In this document: positions 37,728 to 46,831 of the stretch, one piece after another
Numbering within the stretch: position 1 is the first letter of the stretch
Layout of the letters: every line of letters starts with the position of its first letter
DNA from: Patescibacteria group bacterium
GTDB lineage: Bacteria; Patescibacteriota; Minisyncoccia; Phycocordibacterales; UBA2100
DNA: 61,958 bases
Direction: 5' to 3'
NCBI GenBank assembly: GCA_038064835.1
Contig: JBBTSD010000010.1
Location: forward strand, 1-61,958
Position numbers and translations under genes: made by a program
Notes under the pieces: generated by a model
Databases searched by the model: none
Told to the model about the DNA's origin: nothing
The model's input: only the letters and a program-made list of their open reading frames with translations

Positions 37728-40700
37728 CTATTCTAACATCAGATTTTCGCCTCCAAACGAAATAGTCCCCACCTGGGCAACCCGTGCGAGTTCGGTCCGT
37801 GCAAATTCAATACTCTCTCGCATACTTTCCGGAACCCGCAAGCGCGCCGGCTCCCCCGGCTTCAAACCCTTCTTTTTGCGTAGGTCTTGGACCGTACGCA
37901 GTACATCGCGCACTTCTCCCTCTCGCCTTAATTCGTCTGAAATGACTGTATCCAAACGCGCCGCATCTGCACTCTGTGTATCCACTACTACCTCTTTTAC
38001 ATTGAGCTCATCCTTCACAAGACCTAGCAGTTGTTCCGGAACAGCTGTTTTTATAGTGACCGATTGCAGAGGCTGACGGACTTTGATATTTGCTGCCGCC
38101 CGTGCTTCGAGCCCTACTGAAATAAGAAGCCGGATTTTTTTCATCTCCGCCAATAATTTTTGTTGGTCATTTGAAAGTGGCGTACTAGCAGGCCAGTCTG
38201 CAAGATGTACGCTCTCTTTCTCTCCCCCGAGTTCACGATAGATGTGTTCCGCCACAAATGGCATAAATGGCGCCGTAACTTTGGAAAATTCTCGCAGGAC
38301 ATAATGCAGTGTCCCCAACGCCGACGCCTTGTCAGTTTCGTCTTCCCCTTTCACCCTGTCGCGCGACCTGCGCACAAACCATGTTGAGAGGTCGTCGATG
38401 AAGTCTGCAAGCGGTCGTGCGGCACGGTCAACCTGGTACGCATCGAGAGCTCCTGAAACGGTGACGATGAGTTCTTGTAGCCGAGCAAGTATCCAACGAT
38501 CAAGGACCTGCGCACTCTCTCCAGACGGGGTGTGCGGGTATTCGCGGAACAGATTGTAAAACGAGAGTACATTAAGGAGACGGCCATTATTTTTCTTCAG
38601 AATCTCGTCTACCACTTTCTCGTCAAAATTTTTCGAAGCCCCCGGCTCGTTCACGGTAAACATCCAGTAACGAAGCGCGTCCACACCATACTTTGGAATC
38701 ATATCCCACGGCTTGATGACATTCCCGAGCGACTTTGACATTTTCTTGCCCTTGTCATCAAGCAAATGCCCGAGCGAAATGACATTTTTGTACGACATCC
38801 CTCGTCCCATCAAAACACCAATCGCATGAAGTGTGTAAAACCACCCGCGCGTCTGGTCGATTGCTTCAGAAATAAAGTCTGCAGGGTACCCCTTACCATC
38901 AACCCATTCTTTGTTTTCAAATGGGTAATGATCTTGGGCAAATGGCATGGCACCCGAGTCGAACCATACATCCATGACTTCCTGTATGCGCTCGTACTCT
39001 TCTCCTTCGTGAACGAGCTTTACTTCGTCGATAAACGGACGATGTACATCACATTCATATTCAGCGTTGTGTGGTAGTGGAGTAAAATCAAGCGTGCGAA
39101 TTTCTGCTGTTTTGAGGTAACTGTTTTTAACAATCTGAAGCGCTCGCTCTTTTGAAGCGCCTTCGGCCACAGCCGCGGCCATCCAAGTAGTATCTCCGTG
39201 CGCCACGATAAAGACCGTTTCGTTTTTATGCGATGCGTCAATGGTATAGAGAAATTCGCCAACACGACGGCGCACATCTCCCACACTCTCGCCACCATCC
39301 GGCTTGTTCTCAAATACAGAAGGTGTGTCTGGAAATGCCTGGTTGTACTCTTTGAGAGTTTTTCCCTCATAACTCCCGAGTGCAATTTCGGTCAGCCGCT
39401 TGTCGGTAACTACCCTCTCTGAAGGTACCCCCAGAACTTCAGCGACAATTTTTGCAGTCTCTTGAGTTCGCGTGAGTGGTGACACATAAATATAGTCGAC
39501 TTTCGGACCCTTGTAGGCAGTGGCAGCTGCACGAACTTCGTTCTTCCCTTTCTCGGTCAGCGAAATCTTCTTTGCAGGATCGGAGCTCAAAATACCTGAT
39601 GCATTTGATTCTGCATCACCATGACGCATCATGAAATACTGATTACTGGAACGGTTCGCCATTTTTTCACGGAGCTCCGAGAGAGACCCGACTACTAACA
39701 TTTTCCCTGTTTTGGAAAGCCAGATAGGTAGCGGTGTTCCCCAATAACGATTCCGACTTATCGCCCAGTCCTTTACTTCTTTAAGCCACTCTCCAAAACG
39801 CCCGTCGCGAATGTGCGCCGGTTCCCAGTGGATTTTTTGATTCTCCGTCATGAGCTCTGCACGGAGAGCCGACATACGGATATACCAGGAATCACGCGCA
39901 TAATAGATGAGCGGTCGCTTGCAACGCCAACAATGCGGGTACGCATGCGTTGTTTCTTCGGTTTTGAGCACCTTATCACCAAGCGCAACAATCACTTTCT
40001 CGTTCGCGTCCTTGACGAACACACCGGCAAATTCAATCACCGCATCGATAAATTTCCCTTCCTCATTCACCAAATGATGTTTCGGGAGACCGACCTTTGT
40101 GCCCATGTCGAAGTCTTCGGCACCGTACATAACAGCGGTATGCACAACTCCGGTACCGTCTTCAGTAGTTACAAAATCAGCAGCATATATCTTGTATGCA
40201 TTAGGAAGTTTGTCTTGTTGCTCTTTAGGAAGCGAGTCAACTAGATACGGAAAAAGAGGTTCATACACGCGCCCCACCAACTCACTCCCCTTTTTTTCTG
40301 CAATCACCGTAGCTCCTGCCAACACTGAAAGTCGTTCGGTTGCAACCCATATTTTTTTGTCAGCAATCTGTGTGAGTGAATATGAAATTTTATCACCTAC
40401 CGCGAGCGCCACATTCCCAGGGAGAGTCCACGGCGTTGTCGTCCACGCGGCAATATGTTCGTCGGAGTCGCGTAATTTGAAAGCCACGAATACCGATGTG
40501 TCAGTTACATCTTTGTATCCATCGGCAACTTCATGGGAAGACAATGGTGTGCCGCACCGAGCGCACCAGGGCACAACGCGGTAGTCTTTATAGAGAAGAC
40601 CTCGTTCGTGTACTTTTTGTACGATATGCCATACCGACTCTATGTATTCGTTTGCAAAAGTAAAATAGGTTTGTGAGTGATCAACCCAAAATCCAATACG

Positions 40701-41102
40701 GTCTGTAAAATCTTTCCATTCCCCGATATAGCGCAAAACGCTTTCCTTGCACTTCGCATTGAATTTTTCAACACCGTAGGCCTCGATATCCTTTTTGTTT
40801 TTTAGACCCAGCTCTTTTTCGACTTCAAGCTCGACAGGAAGTCCGTGCGTGTCCCATCCCGCTTTTCGGCGCACGCGAAACCCCTGCATGGTTTTATAGC
40901 GCGGAATAAGGTCTTTGAATGCGCGCGCTTCCAGGTGGTGAATTGCAGGATGGTTGTTTGCCGTTGGTGGCCCCTCATAGAAGACAAAGTCGCCTGCAGG
41001 CGCCTCTCTCTCGAGAGACTTTTTGAATATATCGTTTTCTTTCCAAAATTGTAGAGTCGCCTCCTCGCGGAGCGCTGTTTCACTCTTTGGTTTCTCTTCC
41101 AT
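37728..41102 (-). CDS. ileS: isoleucine--tRNA ligase with an inserted histidine-phosphatase domain
   Basis: The HIGH region is PPTANNHPAIHH. Editing-domain motifs TTTPWTLPGN and GTGVVHTA are present, along with WAISRNRYWGTPLPIW and the KMSKS motif. It is 1124 aa, about 190 aa longer than usual, because of an in-frame PGAM-like insert at residues ~487-680. Confidence 0.93.
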   Translation of the reverse strand: MEEKPKSETALREEATLQFWKENDIFKKSLEREAPAGDFVFYEGPPTANNHPAIHHLEARAFKDLIPRYKTMQGFRVRRKAGWDTHGLPVELEVEKELGLKNKKDIEAYGVEKFNAKCKESVLRYIGEWKDFTDRIGFWVDHSQTYFTFANEYIESVWHIVQKVHERGLLYKDYRVVPWCARCGTPLSSHEVADGYKDVTDTSVFVAFKLRDSDEHIAAWTTTPWTLPGNVALAVGDKISYSLTQIADKKIWVATERLSVLAGATVIAEKKGSELVGRVYEPLFPYLVDSLPKEQQDKLPNAYKIYAADFVTTEDGTGVVHTAVMYGAEDFDMGTKVGLPKHHLVNEEGKFIDAVIEFAGVFVKDANEKVIVALGDKVLKTEETTHAYPHCWRCKRPLIYYARDSWYIRMSALRAELMTENQKIHWEPAHIRDGRFGEWLKEVKDWAISRNRYWGTPLPIWLSKTGKMLVVGSLSELREKMANRSSNQYFMMRHGDAESNASGILSSDPAKKISLTEKGKNEVRAAATAYKGPKVDYIYVSPLTRTQETAKIVAEVLGVPSERVVTDKRLTEIALGSYEGKTLKEYNQAFPDTPSVFENKPDGGESVGDVRRRVGEFLYTIDASHKNETVFIVAHGDTTWMAAAVAEGASKERALQIVKNSYLKTAEIRTLDFTPLPHNAEYECDVHRPFIDEVKLVHEGEEYERIQEVMDVWFDSGAMPFAQDHYPFENKEWVDGKGYPADFISEAIDQTRGWFYTLHAIGVLMGRGMSYKNVISLGHLLDDKGKKMSKSLGNVIKPWDMIPKYGVDALRYWMFTVNEPGASKNFDEKVVDEILKKNNGRLLNVLSFYNLFREYPHTPSGESAQVLDRWILARLQELIVTVSGALDAYQVDRAARPLADFIDDLSTWFVRRSRDRVKGEDETDKASALGTLHYVLREFSKVTAPFMPFVAEHIYRELGGEKESVHLADWPASTPLSNDQQKLLAEMKKIRLLISVGLEARAAANIKVRQPLQSVTIKTAVPEQLLGLVKDELNVKEVVVDTQSADAARLDTVISDELRREGEVRDVLRTVQDLRKKKGLKPGEPARLRVPESMRESIEFARTELARVAQVGTISFGGENLMLE

Positions 41103-41149
41103 GGTGTCATCCTAACAAACGCGCCATTTTTTGGTAGTCACCATGATGA

Positions 41150-41189
41150 AGACCGAAAAGAAAAGCCCCCGGAAATTTCCGAGGGCTTT
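41150..41189 (-). terminator. terminator after the vWA gene
   Basis: On the minus strand, AAGCCCTCGGAAATTTCCGGGGGCTT is followed by TTCTTTTC. Confidence 0.6.
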
Positions 41190-41196
41190 ACGCAAA

Positions 41197-41928
41197 TTAT
41201 GCAGCCGCGATAGTCGCGACAGACTGGCTGACCTGGTTCAGTGCACGACGCACCTCGCGCGGATCAGCCTTTGGGGTGAGAATCTTCGAGATTCCCATCG
41301 CCCCGAAGAGGCTCGTATACCGGCCGACAGCTGATTCGTCTTCGGCGGCACCGATGCCGGTGATGTAGTCACCCTCGCTGATGATTGCGGCGAACTCGGG
41401 CGGCGAACCACTGTCACCAGCGGGCTCGTCATCCGTGAGGATGATCATTGCCACAGTGGTTTGGATTCCCTTGTCCCTCTGGACCTGCGCTTTCGCATGA
41501 AGGTCTGTGAGCAAGACAATCGAGTCGTGCACGATCGGGGTATTCGCCCGACCAGCCGCATAGGAATCGACAGCGTTCTCGGGAATGTCCCGAATCATGC
41601 CGTCGAAGTAGACATCTCCTTTGAAGCCGACACCCTTGATGTAGAAGTCGGCCCCTTTGGCGCCCCGAAAGGCGTTGATCGAGAGGGCCAGTCCTTCACG
41701 GATGGCGCCCTCCAATCCCCGGCCGGCAATAGATCCGGAGTTGTCGGCAAGAATACCGACAATCACCAGACGATCACGATTGGGCTGGACCAGCCCCCCT
41801 CCTACAGGAGTGGTGCTGCTCCCAGCGCGCTGACCGACTCGCTGGTAGTCCACCGGAGGTGGCGCACCTGCGCCAGAACCGGGAGCCTTCAGGAACTTGT
41901 CGAGGTCGACATGTGGTGCGTTGCTCAT
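41197..41928 (-). CDS. von Willebrand factor A (TerY-like) protein
   Basis: The MIDAS motif is DNSGS (ILADNSGSIAG), with downstream Thr (ANTPIV) and Asp (IILTDDEP). Its start overlaps the kinase stop (ATGA). Confidence 0.8.
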   Translation of the reverse strand: MSNAPHVDLDKFLKAPGSGAGAPPPVDYQRVGQRAGSSTTPVGGGLVQPNRDRLVIVGILADNSGSIAGRGLEGAIREGLALSINAFRGAKGADFYIKGVGFKGDVYFDGMIRDIPENAVDSYAAGRANTPIVHDSIVLLTDLHAKAQVQRDKGIQTTVAMIILTDDEPAGDSGSPPEFAAIISEGDYITGIGAAEDESAVGRYTSLFGAMGISKILTPKADPREVRRALNQVSQSVATIAAA

Positions 41929-43037
41929 GCTACTTTCTCCTTGGGTTGGGTTTCAGTCTGTCCGCGCGCCGCGACCGGCGTGCGATCTGCCCGTGCCTGC
42001 GGCACGGGAGATTCTACTGACCCGAACAGATTTCTGTCAGGCACAAATCGTTCACCATCGACGAACATGCGCTTGAATGCGTCATGGAACGGCGCAGGGA
42101 TTTGATTGAGTGGTCGTGCAGTCGCCGGGTATTTCACCGACTTATCGAAGACCGTGACCCGCCCCATAATTCGTTGAGGAAGATCCATGCCGTCAATAGT
42201 ACCTGCGTAGGGATCTGTGTATGTGAGCATACGCATGGCGATAACCATGAAGCTGTACCAATCGGTCAGTTCGGCGTGGGGTGCCACCAGGCAGAACTGC
42301 GCACCCAAGGGTGGCGTTACTGCCCAATGGTAGATATTCCCCGCCAGTCGTTTGAGGAACAGTTTTCTCAAGATGTGGGCAGTAACACGCCCAATCCCCT
42401 TCAAAATAGCCCTGCCATACTTGCCGGCTCGATTCGGATTGACCGTGCCGATTATTTCCGGCGCAGTGAAGCGTGGAGTAAATGCACGGCACAGAAACCC
42501 CGCATACTGCATCGAGTCGATCTCGATGAAGTGCGGCACCGCTCCTTTCCGTGAGACGATTACATTGAACTCATTTAAGTCACCTACAACCATGCCCTTC
42601 TGGTGAAGGGCACTGATCGTGTCGTGCATCTTGCCGAGCACTTCAAGCGCATACCCTTGGGGCAAATGCGCCTGAGGGCTCGTCATCGCGTCGATGGTAT
42701 ACCCGTCGACAAACGGCATGATATACCCCATCACAATCCCACTGGGGATTACGAGAACAGCGCTTGGCTGAACCACATTTTCGGGAAGCCCATCCGGAAT
42801 CTTGAACAGCTTTTGTTGCATGTCCGCAATACGGACCTTTGCCGCTTCCTGGAGCGGCTCCTGGCCGACGAGTTCGTCGCATCCGGGTGTATGGAATACT
42901 TTCGCGACAAGTCCCGGCTTCAAGCGATATACAACCGCCTCACCACCGCGACCGACCTCCTCAAACCTTCCTTGTTGCCATGAGGTAACCTCAACGCGGG
43001 GGATCTCTCCCATGTGTCCATCTCCTTTCTCAGACAT
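41925..43037 (-). CDS. atypical Hanks-type Ser/Thr protein kinase
   Basis: The Gly-rich loop is VGRGGEAVVY, followed by VAKVF (VAxK). The catalytic loop is VVGDLNEFNVIV (D..xxN) and the metal-binding motif is IEIDS. Its start overlaps the PP2C stop (TAATG). Confidence 0.75.
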   Translation of the reverse strand: MSEKGDGHMGEIPRVEVTSWQQGRFEEVGRGGEAVVYRLKPGLVAKVFHTPGCDELVGQEPLQEAAKVRIADMQQKLFKIPDGLPENVVQPSAVLVIPSGIVMGYIMPFVDGYTIDAMTSPQAHLPQGYALEVLGKMHDTISALHQKGMVVGDLNEFNVIVSRKGAVPHFIEIDSMQYAGFLCRAFTPRFTAPEIIGTVNPNRAGKYGRAILKGIGRVTAHILRKLFLKRLAGNIYHWAVTPPLGAQFCLVAPHAELTDWYSFMVIAMRMLTYTDPYAGTIDGMDLPQRIMGRVTVFDKSVKYPATARPLNQIPAPFHDAFKRMFVDGERFVPDRNLFGSVESPVPQARADRTPVAARGQTETQPKEKVA

Positions 43038-44257
43038 TACTTCTGCGACACTTTGGGTGGGGTGCCACTTTGTGGTGGATTCACCTTTTGTGTCGGTGGC
43101 GGTGCTGGAGGTGGAATGTAACTGACGATGTCCATTCCAACTGTCTGCAAGACGCGCACCATCCAGGTATCGTCAGAGGCAACGAATTTGTCGGCAAGCC
43201 GATTTCGTAGACGAGTTACCTCGTCCATCAATCGCTTGATGTCTTCAGCGGCCTTTCGCTCCGCCACTTCGCGGACTTGGCGCACACTTTCTGTACTACG
43301 CTTCGCAACCTCTATGTCTTCTCGCGACCTCTTGAGAGAAGCCTCGAGTCGATCGTTTTCTCTTTCGAGATCCTGGAAGTCAGTGCGTAGAGTTGCCAAC
43401 TCGCTCATGGTCGCATCAAAGCGACCTCTGAGCTCGGCAACCTCGTTCCGCTCCGCCTCGAGACGCATTTGCGCCTCGTTGGAACGCAGAATAAGTATGG
43501 TGGTATCGTCGCCGCACTTGCCAAAGGCAAATGCACCGTTGACAAAGCGCTCGGTCGCCTGGCTATCGAGCCAGCTCCTGAGCGCCCCTTCCTTCATCAA
43601 TCCCGGATGGTAGATACTCTCGTCGCCGATGAGCGATTCAACACCATCGGTACCAACGACTATACCTTTTTGTACACTTCCTAAACTGACTTCTGCAACC
43701 GGCACGAGTGCCAGATGCTTCTTCAGCTCGTCGGTGTGATATCCGGTCTTTTGGAGAAGTGCGTAGCCCAGATAGGGCGGCGCATTCAGCGTTGCGAGCG
43801 GCGGATCCATGTAGGTCGTTTTGCCATCAATGGCAAAAACGCCGTCTCCACACGCAGCGATAACGACCTGGTCATCGTAGGTCACCACCACAAGAGCGGT
43901 GAACAACAGATAGTCAGCGACCACCTGCTCGAACTCGGGAACACTGGACTCAGTCTTCCCGGTCAGCGTTTGCGCAATTTTGCGCAATTCATTTAGCGTG
44001 GCGCGAGTAATCCCCGGCCAATTGAGACTGACCCCGGCAGTATGATTGACTTGGCGCAGAACCTCTCCTGCGATAATGCGTGCGCCGATAGTGGCGCCCA
44101 CATCAGTGTGCGGACGAGAGCCACAGCCATCGCACAAAACGGCAACAATGCCATGATCGTGCTCGACGGCCGTGTACGCATCTTGGTTATTCTTCTTTCC
44201 ACCCTGTCCAGGCAGAACATGATCTGATCCAACGACACTTTCGATCGCGTAGTGCAT
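43037..44257 (-). CDS. PP2C-family Ser/Thr phosphatase with a C-terminal coiled coil and Pro-rich tail
   Basis: PP2C motifs: KKNNQDAY, AVLCDGCGS, ACGDGVFAIDG and VGTDGV. The C-terminal ~130 aa are heptad-like (EAERNEVAELRGRFDATMSELATLRTDFQDLERENDRLEASLKRS). The tail is PPPAPPPTQKVNPPQSGTPPK. The start is placed at ATG 44257, which has an AAAGGAAA RBS; the ORF-track GTG at 44302 remains possible. Confidence 0.8.
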   Translation of the reverse strand: MHYAIESVVGSDHVLPGQGGKKNNQDAYTAVEHDHGIVAVLCDGCGSRPHTDVGATIGARIIAGEVLRQVNHTAGVSLNWPGITRATLNELRKIAQTLTGKTESSVPEFEQVVADYLLFTALVVVTYDDQVVIAACGDGVFAIDGKTTYMDPPLATLNAPPYLGYALLQKTGYHTDELKKHLALVPVAEVSLGSVQKGIVVGTDGVESLIGDESIYHPGLMKEGALRSWLDSQATERFVNGAFAFGKCGDDTTILILRSNEAQMRLEAERNEVAELRGRFDATMSELATLRTDFQDLERENDRLEASLKRSREDIEVAKRSTESVRQVREVAERKAAEDIKRLMDEVTRLRNRLADKFVASDDTWMVRVLQTVGMDIVSYIPPPAPPPTQKVNPPQSGTPPKVSQK

Positions 44258-44365
44258 CCCATTTCCTTTCTTTTTGATTTTCGAAGAGCTGCGTGTTGCC
44301 ACACAGGTCTGATTGGAACCTACTATGATTTTTGCACTGTGTCAAGTTTCCGCCCGCCTTCGCTT

Positions 44366-44420
44366 AGAAGCTGTCTAAATCTTTCCCCCTGTCAGGAAAC
44401 CTAGATTTTAGACAGCTTCT
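44366..44420 (-). terminator. long hairpin at the argS stop, upstream of the PP2C operon
   Basis: AGAAGCTGTCTAAA (44366-44379) pairs with TTTAGACAGCTTCT (44407-44420), forming a 14-bp perfect stem. The 27-nt loop contains an inner TTTCC/GGAAA pair. There is no clear U-tract. Confidence 0.45.
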
Positions 44421-46090
44421 TACATCTTTTCAGGCGCTGAAATACCGAGGAGTTTTAGACCGTTTTTAAGTGTTGCACGCACAGCACAAACAGTCGCGAG
44501 CCTGTCCGCAATCACCTCTTTCTCACCGTCAAAAATCCGTTCCTGTGCGTACCATGCATTGAAGGCGCTCGCGACTTCAATGATGCTGTGAGCAACTAGG
44601 TGTGGTGCATATTCTCGTGCGCCCCGCTCGGCACTACCAGGAAACCTCAACAGCAATCGCTCCACCAACCGCGTATCAGTGTTGGCCATGCGTAGTGGTA
44701 CAACACCCTCTTGCACACTGCGCTCGATAATTGCCGAAGCGCGGGCATGCGCATACTGCACATAGGGCCCGGAGTCGCCATCCAAGGTAAGCGCTCGCTC
44801 CTCGTTAAAAATCATATCTTTCCCGATTTCTTGGCGAAGCACCTGGTACTTGATTGCCCCCACTGCAACCTGTTCAGCAAGCTTTTCAAGATCATCTGCC
44901 CGTGTGTCTTTGGCACGCACATGAGCGCTCACGATCAAATCAGAAAGGAGCCCATCGCCCGTGACAATATTCCCGGTGCGCGAACTCATTTTTCCGCTTT
45001 CGAGGCGCATCATGCCATGGGCCACATGCGTGAGTTTGCGCGCAATGTCAGGATAGATACATTCCATTGCTTTTTTCAATACTTTAAAATAGTCAGTAAC
45101 TTCGTTCGCTGTCACAATAAGCAGCGCACTTACATCCGGGTAGTCCTCTATTTTCATCTGTTCAAGTCCGAGCTCTTTTGCTTCGTAGGTGGGCAAGCCT
45201 TTGGCGTTCAAAAACACACGCGTATGCAAGCCATGCTCTTCCCCACGAAATACCCGAGCCCCTTCAGATTCGGGAAACACTTCGGGGTGTGCCAGCACAA
45301 TTTCTTTTCCCCGCGGGCCGGTAACACTTTCAAAGTAGTAGTGATCAAATCTGGTGCCGAGCGTACGGTACAGCACCTCGAACGCATCAAGGGATTTTTG
45401 TCTACCTTCGTCGTATAAATTGTTCAACACCTTATCGCTTCTCTCGAAGAGTTTTGTATTTATGGCATCAATCTCTTTTTTTATTAATTCGTCTTCTTTG
45501 TACGCCTGTGCTCCTGTTGCGTATGCCTTGCCGAAGTCGGCGACTGTGCTTGCCTGGATTCCCAACTTCTGGATTCCCCAGATAGCGCATGCCACATGTA
45601 CACCCGTATCTCCTTGGTAGTTTGCTCGTACGACCTGTGCACCATTGTTTTCAATAAGCCGCGCAAGTGATTCTCCAATCGCATTACTCATCAGGTGTCC
45701 GATATGGAACACTTTAAATGGGTTTGGATCGGTATATTCCACCATGACCCGCTTTCCTGTAAGAGTGCCGCCACTACCCCAAGTATCTGGGGTTTGTACA
45801 ATCTTATTTATAGCTCCTGCGTTATATTCCTGTGAAAGCCAGATGTTTACAAAACCTGGACCAGCCACTTCACTCCGCGCAACACCTGGGCATCCTGCAA
45901 GTCCTTCACTTAGTTCTTGAGCAAGGACCTGAGGCGATATTCCTGCTTCCTTTCCGTATATAAGCGCCGCGTTTGTCATGTAATCACCATGCGCGATATC
46001 TGAGGGAAAATTGACTACCGGATTAGCAGTCACACCACGCTTCACAAGCACCCCACAAAGCGCTTGTTGTATCGAGTCCCGAACTGTCAT
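44420..46090 (-). CDS. argS: arginine--tRNA ligase
   Basis: YTDPNPFKVFHIGHLMSNAIGE is the HIGH region. MSSRTG is the KMSK-equivalent. The C-terminal DALR anticodon-binding domain contains YVQYAHAR. Confidence 0.93.
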   Translation of the reverse strand: MTVRDSIQQALCGVLVKRGVTANPVVNFPSDIAHGDYMTNAALIYGKEAGISPQVLAQELSEGLAGCPGVARSEVAGPGFVNIWLSQEYNAGAINKIVQTPDTWGSGGTLTGKRVMVEYTDPNPFKVFHIGHLMSNAIGESLARLIENNGAQVVRANYQGDTGVHVACAIWGIQKLGIQASTVADFGKAYATGAQAYKEDELIKKEIDAINTKLFERSDKVLNNLYDEGRQKSLDAFEVLYRTLGTRFDHYYFESVTGPRGKEIVLAHPEVFPESEGARVFRGEEHGLHTRVFLNAKGLPTYEAKELGLEQMKIEDYPDVSALLIVTANEVTDYFKVLKKAMECIYPDIARKLTHVAHGMMRLESGKMSSRTGNIVTGDGLLSDLIVSAHVRAKDTRADDLEKLAEQVAVGAIKYQVLRQEIGKDMIFNEERALTLDGDSGPYVQYAHARASAIIERSVQEGVVPLRMANTDTRLVERLLLRFPGSAERGAREYAPHLVAHSIIEVASAFNAWYAQERIFDGEKEVIADRLATVCAVRATLKNGLKLLGISAPEKM

Positions 46091-46107
46091 GGACCTATTG
46101 TATACGC

Positions 46108-46140
46108 AAAGACCGCCACTTGTGTAGTGGCGGCTCTTTT
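46108..46140 (-). terminator. hairpin terminator after tmk
   Basis: The GCCGCCAC/GTGGCGGC stem is flanked by A-rich and T-rich runs and overlaps the tmk stop. Confidence 0.55.
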
Positions 46141-46822
46141 ATGAAAAATCACATTGGAGTCGCACCAACTCCCACACTTTTTCATGAATAGCTTCCGGCG
46201 GGAGCAGTGCTCCTTCTGGAGCACATTCAACTACTTGCCACGCATCTTTCCGCGCAGAAGCAAGTTCGCGATAGCATGCCGCAACTCGCGCTTGATAAGA
46301 CATGTCTGCCTCATGCTGGTCTTTGGCCCCTTCCGCAATGTATGTCCGTGCAGCTTTTTGCTCCACCAACCTGAATGAAACCTCGACTGGCACGGAGAGA
46401 TAGAGTACCAATGTTGGCACCGGCATTCGTATCTCTTCATGTTCGACTGCTTCCACAAATTCAATGTAACGCTGTCGCTCGTCCGCATCTGCTATTTTTG
46501 CCGCGCCGTAGGCGAGATTGCTTGATATATAACGGTTACAAATAACAATATCTGCATCCGCCAATGCCGTCCTCATCTCGTCCCGCGCAGCTGCACGATC
46601 AAGCATGTATGGAATTGAGGCGAGGTATGGCGATGTCGCCAGAAAATCTCCATGCCGACCTGCGAGCACATCGCCAATAAGTTTTCCCGTGCGCTGACCA
46701 TAGCGAGGAAAATCAAACACTGTTGCTTTCAGTCCCCGTGCATCGCACCGGCTGCACAATAAAGCAACTTGCGTTCCTTTGCCTGCACCATCCGCACCGT
46801 CGACAACAATTAATCTGCTCAT
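46139..46822 (-). CDS. tmk: thymidylate (dTMP) kinase family
   Basis: The P-loop is VVDGADGAGKGTQ. The DRY-equivalent is CNRYISSNLAYG. A LID-region Arg is present. Confidence 0.85.
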   Translation of the reverse strand: MSRLIVVDGADGAGKGTQVALLCSRCDARGLKATVFDFPRYGQRTGKLIGDVLAGRHGDFLATSPYLASIPYMLDRAAARDEMRTALADADIVICNRYISSNLAYGAAKIADADERQRYIEFVEAVEHEEIRMPVPTLVLYLSVPVEVSFRLVEQKAARTYIAEGAKDQHEADMSYQARVAACYRELASARKDAWQVVECAPEGALLPPEAIHEKVWELVRLQCDFS

Positions 46823-46831
46823 AGTGTTCTC

